Program-made: the position numbers and the translations under genes
Notes under the pieces: model-generated
Seen by the model: the letters and a program-made list of their open reading frames with translations, nothing else
The model's database searches: none
Told to the model about the DNA's origin: nothing
NCBI GenBank assembly: GCA_017479865.1
Contig: JAFVBS010000027.1
Coordinates: forward strand, 108-64,107
Length of the DNA stretch: 64,000 bases
From: Clostridia bacterium
GTDB lineage: Bacteria > Bacillota > Clostridia > TANB77 > CAG-508
Reading direction: 5' to 3'
In this document: piece by piece, positions 59,367 through 64,000 of the stretch
Position numbering within the stretch: position 1 is the stretch's first letter
Layout: each line of letters begins with the position of its first letter

Positions 59367-59402
59367 AACGGAGGAAAATAGTAAATACTATATTCCTCCG
59401 TT
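59367..59402 (+). terminator. hairpin terminator after the Spo0A_C gene
   Basis: aacggaggaa pairs with ttcctccgtt (10 bp). The downstream U tract is weak. Confidence 0.5.
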
Positions 59403-59426
59403 CTCCTTAAAATTTTAAAAAAACAC

Positions 59427-59455
59427 TTGCAATCATTGGAAAAATAGGGTATAAT
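59427..59455 (+). promoter_or_regulatory. sigma-A promoter of the rimP-nusA-infB operon
   Basis: TTGCAA (59427-59432), 17 nt spacer, TATAAT (59450-59455). Confidence 0.65.
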
Positions 59456-59473
59456 AATAATCGCATAATTAAT

Positions 59474-59515
59474 TACTAGAAGAGTGGGAACCAATCCCAC
59501 TCTAGTATTGTTTTA
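59474..59515 (+). terminator. leader hairpin plus U tract (candidate attenuator) upstream of rimP
   Basis: tactag(aag)agtggga pairs with tcccactctagta, followed by ttgtttt. It lies ~20 nt downstream of the -10 element. Confidence 0.5.
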
Positions 59516-59602
59516 AGGGACGTTTGTTGAAGCGAAAATGTTATATCAAAAAACGTGATAGTTTTAATACAAACGTTAATAAAACGACAGAGGAGAAAGA
59601 AA

Positions 59603-60115
59603 ATGTCAAAAATTGAGGAAAAGGTGGAAGCTTTATTAACAAACACTATTGAAAATTTGGGCTATGAACTTTATGATGTCATTTATGAAAAAGAAGCACA
59701 AAACTATTATTTACGCATTTTTATTGATAAGCCAGAAGGAATTGACCTAAATGACTGTGAAAAAGTAAATGACACCATTTCAAACATGCTAGATGAGGCA
59801 AATTACATTAAAGATCCGTACTTTTTAGAAGTATCTTCTCCAGGAATTGAACGAATGCTTCGCAAAGAAAAGCATTTGCAGCAAAGTATTGGAAAAGAAA
59901 TTACTTTAAAGCTATATCAACCAATTATCGTAACAAATGAAACGGAAATAAACAGTAATAAAAATAAGAAAAAAGCAATTTCTTTGAAAGAAATAGATGG
60001 TATTTTACAGCAATTTGATGAAAATACTATTACAATCAAAACAAAAGAAGACAAAATATTAACAATGGAACGAAACAATATTGCAATGATGAACTTAAAA
60101 TATCACTGGGAATAG
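59603..60115 (+). CDS. rimP: ribosome maturation factor RimP
   Basis: YELYDV...YLRIFIDK...LEVSSPGIER. ATG 59603 after agaggag. Confidence 0.9.
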   Translation: MSKIEEKVEALLTNTIENLGYELYDVIYEKEAQNYYLRIFIDKPEGIDLNDCEKVNDTISNMLDEANYIKDPYFLEVSSPGIERMLRKEKHLQQSIGKEITLKLYQPIIVTNETEINSNKNKKKAISLKEIDGILQQFDENTITIKTKEDKILTMERNNIAMMNLKYHWE

Positions 60116-60126
60116 GGAGGAAAAAA

Positions 60127-61323
60127 ATGAAAAAACAAGCAAACAAAGAGGCAATTGATAGCAAGGAATTAATTAAAGCATTAGAGGATTTAGAAAAGGA
60201 AAAGGGAATTAAAAAAGACTATTTATTAGAGTCAATTGAAACAGCGCTAGTCACAGCATATAAAAGAAATTTTGATTCTGTCGAAAATGTCAAAGTGACT
60301 ATGGATGCAGAAACAGGGGAAATTCATGTTTATGCAGAAAAAGATGTCGTAGAACAAGTAGAAGATAGTAATTTGCAAATTAGCTTACAAGATGCCCAAA
60401 AAATTAGTTCTAAACTAGAAGTAGGTGACAAGGCAGAAATTGAATTAGTGCCAAGAAATTTTGGAAGAATTGCAGCACAAACGGCAAAGCAAGTAATGAT
60501 ACAAAAAATTAGAGAAGCTGCTAGAAATGTGCTATTTGATGAATTTAATGACAGAAAAGGAGAAATTGTTTCTGGTATTATACAAAAAGCAGATGGCGGA
60601 GTAGTAGTGTTAGACTTAGGAAAACTAGAAGGTGTTATGACAGTAAAAGAACAAATACCAACAGAACACTATCATGTTAATGATAAAATTAGAGCCTATG
60701 TACAAGATGTAGAAAGAGGAGCAAAAGGATCCGTACAAGTTATGATTTCAAGGGCTTGTCCAGACTTTGTAAGAAAACTCTTTGAACTTGAAATTCCTGA
60801 AATTTATGAAGGCTTGATTGAAATTAAAAGTGTTTCTCGTGACCCAGGAAGCAGAAGCAAAGTTGCGGTATACTCTCCAAACGAAAATATCGATCCAGTA
60901 GGTTCTTGTGTAGGACAAAAAGGAATTCGTATTCAAAACATTATTCATGAATTAAACGGAGAAAAAATTGATGTCATTGAGTGGAATCAAGACCCATCTA
61001 TTTATATCTCAGCAGCGCTTCTTCCAGCACAAGTTATGGCGGTAGATATTCATGAAGAAGAAAAATTTGCACAAGTGATTGTACCAGATGACCAATTATC
61101 ATTAGCCATTGGAAAAGCGGGTCAAAATGCAAGACTAGCAGCAAAATTAACTGGTTGGAAAATTGATATTAAGAGTGAATCACAATTTAGAGAAATTATG
61201 ATGAAGGCACAGGAAGAAGCAGAAAACACAACATTAGAAGAACGCGTGGCAGAACCAGAAAATGATACAATTGAAGAAACAAACGGAGAAGAAGCTGTAG
61301 AAAATAACCAAAACGAAGAATAA
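60127..61323 (+). CDS. nusA: transcription termination/antitermination factor NusA
   Basis: 398 aa, with NTD, S1 and two KH domains (GQKGIRIQNI, GKAGQNARLAAKLTGWKIDI). Confidence 0.95.
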   Translation: MKKQANKEAIDSKELIKALEDLEKEKGIKKDYLLESIETALVTAYKRNFDSVENVKVTMDAETGEIHVYAEKDVVEQVEDSNLQISLQDAQKISSKLEVGDKAEIELVPRNFGRIAAQTAKQVMIQKIREAARNVLFDEFNDRKGEIVSGIIQKADGGVVVLDLGKLEGVMTVKEQIPTEHYHVNDKIRAYVQDVERGAKGSVQVMISRACPDFVRKLFELEIPEIYEGLIEIKSVSRDPGSRSKVAVYSPNENIDPVGSCVGQKGIRIQNIIHELNGEKIDVIEWNQDPSIYISAALLPAQVMAVDIHEEEKFAQVIVPDDQLSLAIGKAGQNARLAAKLTGWKIDIKSESQFREIMMKAQEEAENTTLEERVAEPENDTIEETNGEEAVENNQNEE

Positions 61324-61358
61324 TGCATAAAATATGCAAATACACTTAAAATAAGGAA

Positions 61359-61619
61359 GTGAGCATTTTGAAGAAATTACCATTACGCACATGTATGGGA
61401 TGCGGAGAACAAAAAACAAAAAAAGAATTGATTCGTATTGTAAAAAGCAAAGATGGAAAAATTAGTATTGACAAAACGGGAAAAGCAGACGGTAGAGGCG
61501 CCTATATTTGTGATAATGCAGAATGCTTAAATAAAGCAATTAAGTCAAAACGAATAGAAAAGAATTTTGAATTGAAAATTCCGGATGAAATTTATGAAGA
61601 ATTAAGAAAAACAATGTAG
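61359..61619 (+). CDS. ylxR: YlxR/DUF448 RNA-binding protein
   Basis: PLRTCMGCGEQKTKKELIRIV...GRGAYIC. Confidence 0.85.
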   Translation: MSILKKLPLRTCMGCGEQKTKKELIRIVKSKDGKISIDKTGKADGRGAYICDNAECLNKAIKSKRIEKNFELKIPDEIYEELRKTM

Positions 61620-61643
61620 AAAAACTAAAAATAGGGGGATCAA

Positions 61644-61967
61644 TTGGAAAGACAAACAAAATTATGTGGTTTCATAGGCTTAGCAATGCGAGCAGGAAAA
61701 GTATGCTTTGGGACAGAAGCGTGTTTAGAACAAATAGAAAAGAAAAAAGTGAAACTCATTTTTCTGGCAACAGATGCTTCTGAAAGAACGAAAAAAGTAA
61801 TCAAACAAGAATGCGAGAAGCAACAAATTCCAGTTAATGAAGCGCTAACTTTAGAAGTGCTGAGCAAGGCAATTGGAAAACAAAACAAAGTAGTAATAGG
61901 AATTAAAGATATTAATTTTGCAAAGGAAATGCAAAAAATCATTAGTGGGGGTGAAATTATTGGGTAA
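61644..61967 (+). CDS. L7Ae-family RNA-binding protein (YlxQ)
   Basis: GLAMRAGKVCFGTEACLEQIEKKKVKLIFLATDAS pattern. TTG start after aggggga. Confidence 0.85.
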   Translation: MERQTKLCGFIGLAMRAGKVCFGTEACLEQIEKKKVKLIFLATDASERTKKVIKQECEKQQIPVNEALTLEVLSKAIGKQNKVVIGIKDINFAKEMQKIISGGEIIG

Positions 61968-64000
61968 AATCAAAATACATGAAATAGCAAAAGAAATAGG
62001 TTTAACCAGTAAAGAAGTAATAGCAAAGGCAAATGAATTGGGAATTGAAGTAGCAAGCCATATGAGTAGTGTGGAAGAAGAAGTAGCGGCCAAAATTAAA
62101 AATAGTTTTCAAAAAGTCTCAAAAGGAAGTAACCAAAAACAAGAAAGCAAAAAGGAAACATCAAAAAAGGAAACGGCCAAAAAAGAAACTTCAAAAAAAA
62201 GCAGAAAAAGCTGGAACAACGCCAGTGATTATTCGACGTGAAGTCATCCTTGCTGATGAAGAGGATGAAAAAGGAGCAAAGAAAGAAAAAGCACAAACAA
62301 GTCGTCATGATGTTGGATTTGTGGAAAGAAAGAAAAATCAAGACTATAATATTGTTTATCGAAATAAACCAACAAAACCAATGACTGTTAGCGAACTATT
62401 TGGACTAACTCCTAAAAAAGAAGAACCTAAACAAGAGAAGGTAGTTGAACAGGCGACAGAACAACCTCTAAGTAAAGAAGAAGTCAAAAAAGAGGAAGTT
62501 CCTTTAGAGGAAACGAAAAAGAACGAAGAGACCATAGAAGCAAACAAAAATGCAACACAGCCACAAAATACCAATCTTGAAAGTAAAAATGAAAATTCCC
62601 AAAGACAGAATGATAGAAATCGACAAGGTTACTACCAAAATGCAGGAAACCGTAATAATTACTCCCATAATGATAATCGTATAAATGGTCAAAATAGAGA
62701 AAATAGACCAAATTATCAAAACAGAGAAAATCGTTTTAATAACCAAAACCGTTTTGGACAAGGAAATAATGAAAACCGTTTCAACCATCAAGGAAATAGT
62801 GGAAATCAATATAATCGTCAAGGAAATGGAAGATACAATAACCAAGGCAATAGCTTTGGTGGAAATAATCGCTTTGGAAACAATCAAAATAGAAACAACA
62901 ATGGACAAAGACCTCCATTTAACAGACAAAATGGTAGACCATTAGATAATCGTGGAATTGACCGCAACATCAAAGATATCATGTCTACTGAAATTGTTGA
63001 GAAAGAAGACAAAAGAGATATTAGTACAAGAGCAATTGATAAGGCAAAGGCAAATCGTTACGAAGAAAATAAAGCAAAAAAAGGAACAAAATCAAAACGT
63101 AGCGATCGTTTTTCAGAGTTTAATGAAGGCAAACTAAAAGATTTAAAACAGGTTGATCAATTATCCCATATGTTTAATGAACAAGATGGAGGAATGCTTG
63201 ACTACTATGATTTAACCACGGCAAGGGGTAAACGCAATAAAAAGAAGTTACAAAGAGAAGAGCATGGGGAAAGAAATAAACAAAAAATCTTTGAGTTAAA
63301 GGAAATTACTATTCCTGAAATGATTACAGTAAAAGACTTAGCTGCTGAAATGAAAAAAACAAGTGGAGAAGTAATCAAAAAGTTATTTAATTATGGAATT
63401 ATGGCAACCATTAACAACACTATCGACTTTGATACTGCTTTCTTAGTAGCCGGAGAATTCGGAATTACTGCAATTAAAAAAGAAGAAGTCAAAGAAGAAG
63501 ACATTCTATTTGATGATACAGAAGATACAGCTGAGGAATTGGAGGCAAGACCACCAGTTGTTGTAGTAATGGGACACGTAGACCATGGAAAAACCTCACT
63601 CTTAGATGCCATTCGTAGTACCAATGTCATTGAGGGAGAAGCAGGAGGAATTACACAACATATTGGTGCTTACAAAGTAAACATCAACGGAAGAGAAATT
63701 ACCTTTTTAGATACGCCGGGACACGAAGCATTTACTGCAATGCGTGCTAGAGGAGCACAAATTACGGATATTGCCATTTTAATTGTGGCAGCAGATGACG
63801 GAGTAATGCCACAAACAGTAGAAGCAATTAACCATGCGAAAGCCGCTGAAATTCCAATTATTGTGGCTATCAACAAAATTGATTTACCAGGAGCAAATGT
63901 TGACAAAATTAAGCAAGAATTAATGGAATATGAATTAGTCCCAGAAGAATGGGGAGGAGACACCATTTATGTGCCAATCTCTGCTAAAAAGAAAATTAAT
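61960..64000 (+). CDS. infB: translation initiation factor IF-2 (3' end outside the window); apparent 1-nt frameshift between ~62193 and 62215
   Basis: TTG 61960 (or GTG 61951) gives [30 protein letters not shown]. That frame stops at 62239-62241. The +1 frame is open from 62087 to the window end and encodes ...[10 protein letters not shown]..., an N/Q/R-rich linker and the G domain ([24 protein letters not shown]). Confidence 0.9.

Noticed and set aside
62096-62929. Several 70-140-aa minus-strand ORFs inside infB (62096-62341, 62356-62574, 62484-62711, 62504-62929)
   Set aside because: These are shadow ORFs on the antisense strand of the repetitive N/Q/R/K-rich IF-2 linker. They have no RBS and hydrophobic junk composition. 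The same reasoning applies to the other antisense ORFs in the track, for example 12365-12832, 27046-27408, 35048-35560 and 42504-42938.

Overview
Low-GC (roughly one-third G+C by eye) chromosomal core region of a spore-forming Firmicute, Clostridia-like (cotJABC, a Spo0A-type DNA-binding domain, PASTA kinase and PBP, T-box leader). It holds about 60 protein genes, nearly all on the + strand. Most are translation, RNA-modification and envelope housekeeping: ylmH, recG, nifS-like desulfurase, ileS with an Ile T-box, queA-tgt, tRNA-His and tRNA-Gln, a MacB/FtsX-type ABC exporter, folD, dprA, rsmE, yicC-remA-rpoZ-gmk, rnhA, tmcAL-coaE, a PBP1A, cysS, ftsH, pyk, cotJABC, murT-gatD, rlmN-stp-prkC-rsgA-rpe, ylxM-ffh-rpsP-KH-rimM-trmD-rplS, split transketolase, and rimP-nusA-ylxR-L7Ae-infB. 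I saw no rRNA, CRISPR array, transposase, integrase or recognisable defence genes. No complete novel multi-gene system can be demonstrated from sequence alone. Items worth a second look: (1) the 3' tail of the truncated first ORF has the NNC-codon, adenine-poor signature of a DGR variable region; (2) the GatD partner of MurT lacks the expected catalytic Cys and His; (3) a higher-GC, receiver-less Spo0A C-terminal-domain gene sits between tkt and rimP; (4) three G+C-enriched structured intergenic elements (8625-8746, 38492-38590, 49543-49623) match no RNA class I recognise; (5) a 20-bp inverted repeat brackets the ABC-transporter promoter; (6) four ORF-disrupting lesions (TSUP half-gene, queA, a DUF1113-like gene, infB) can all be placed at the 5' edge of a GGAA, which suggests a motif-specific artefact or hotspot.
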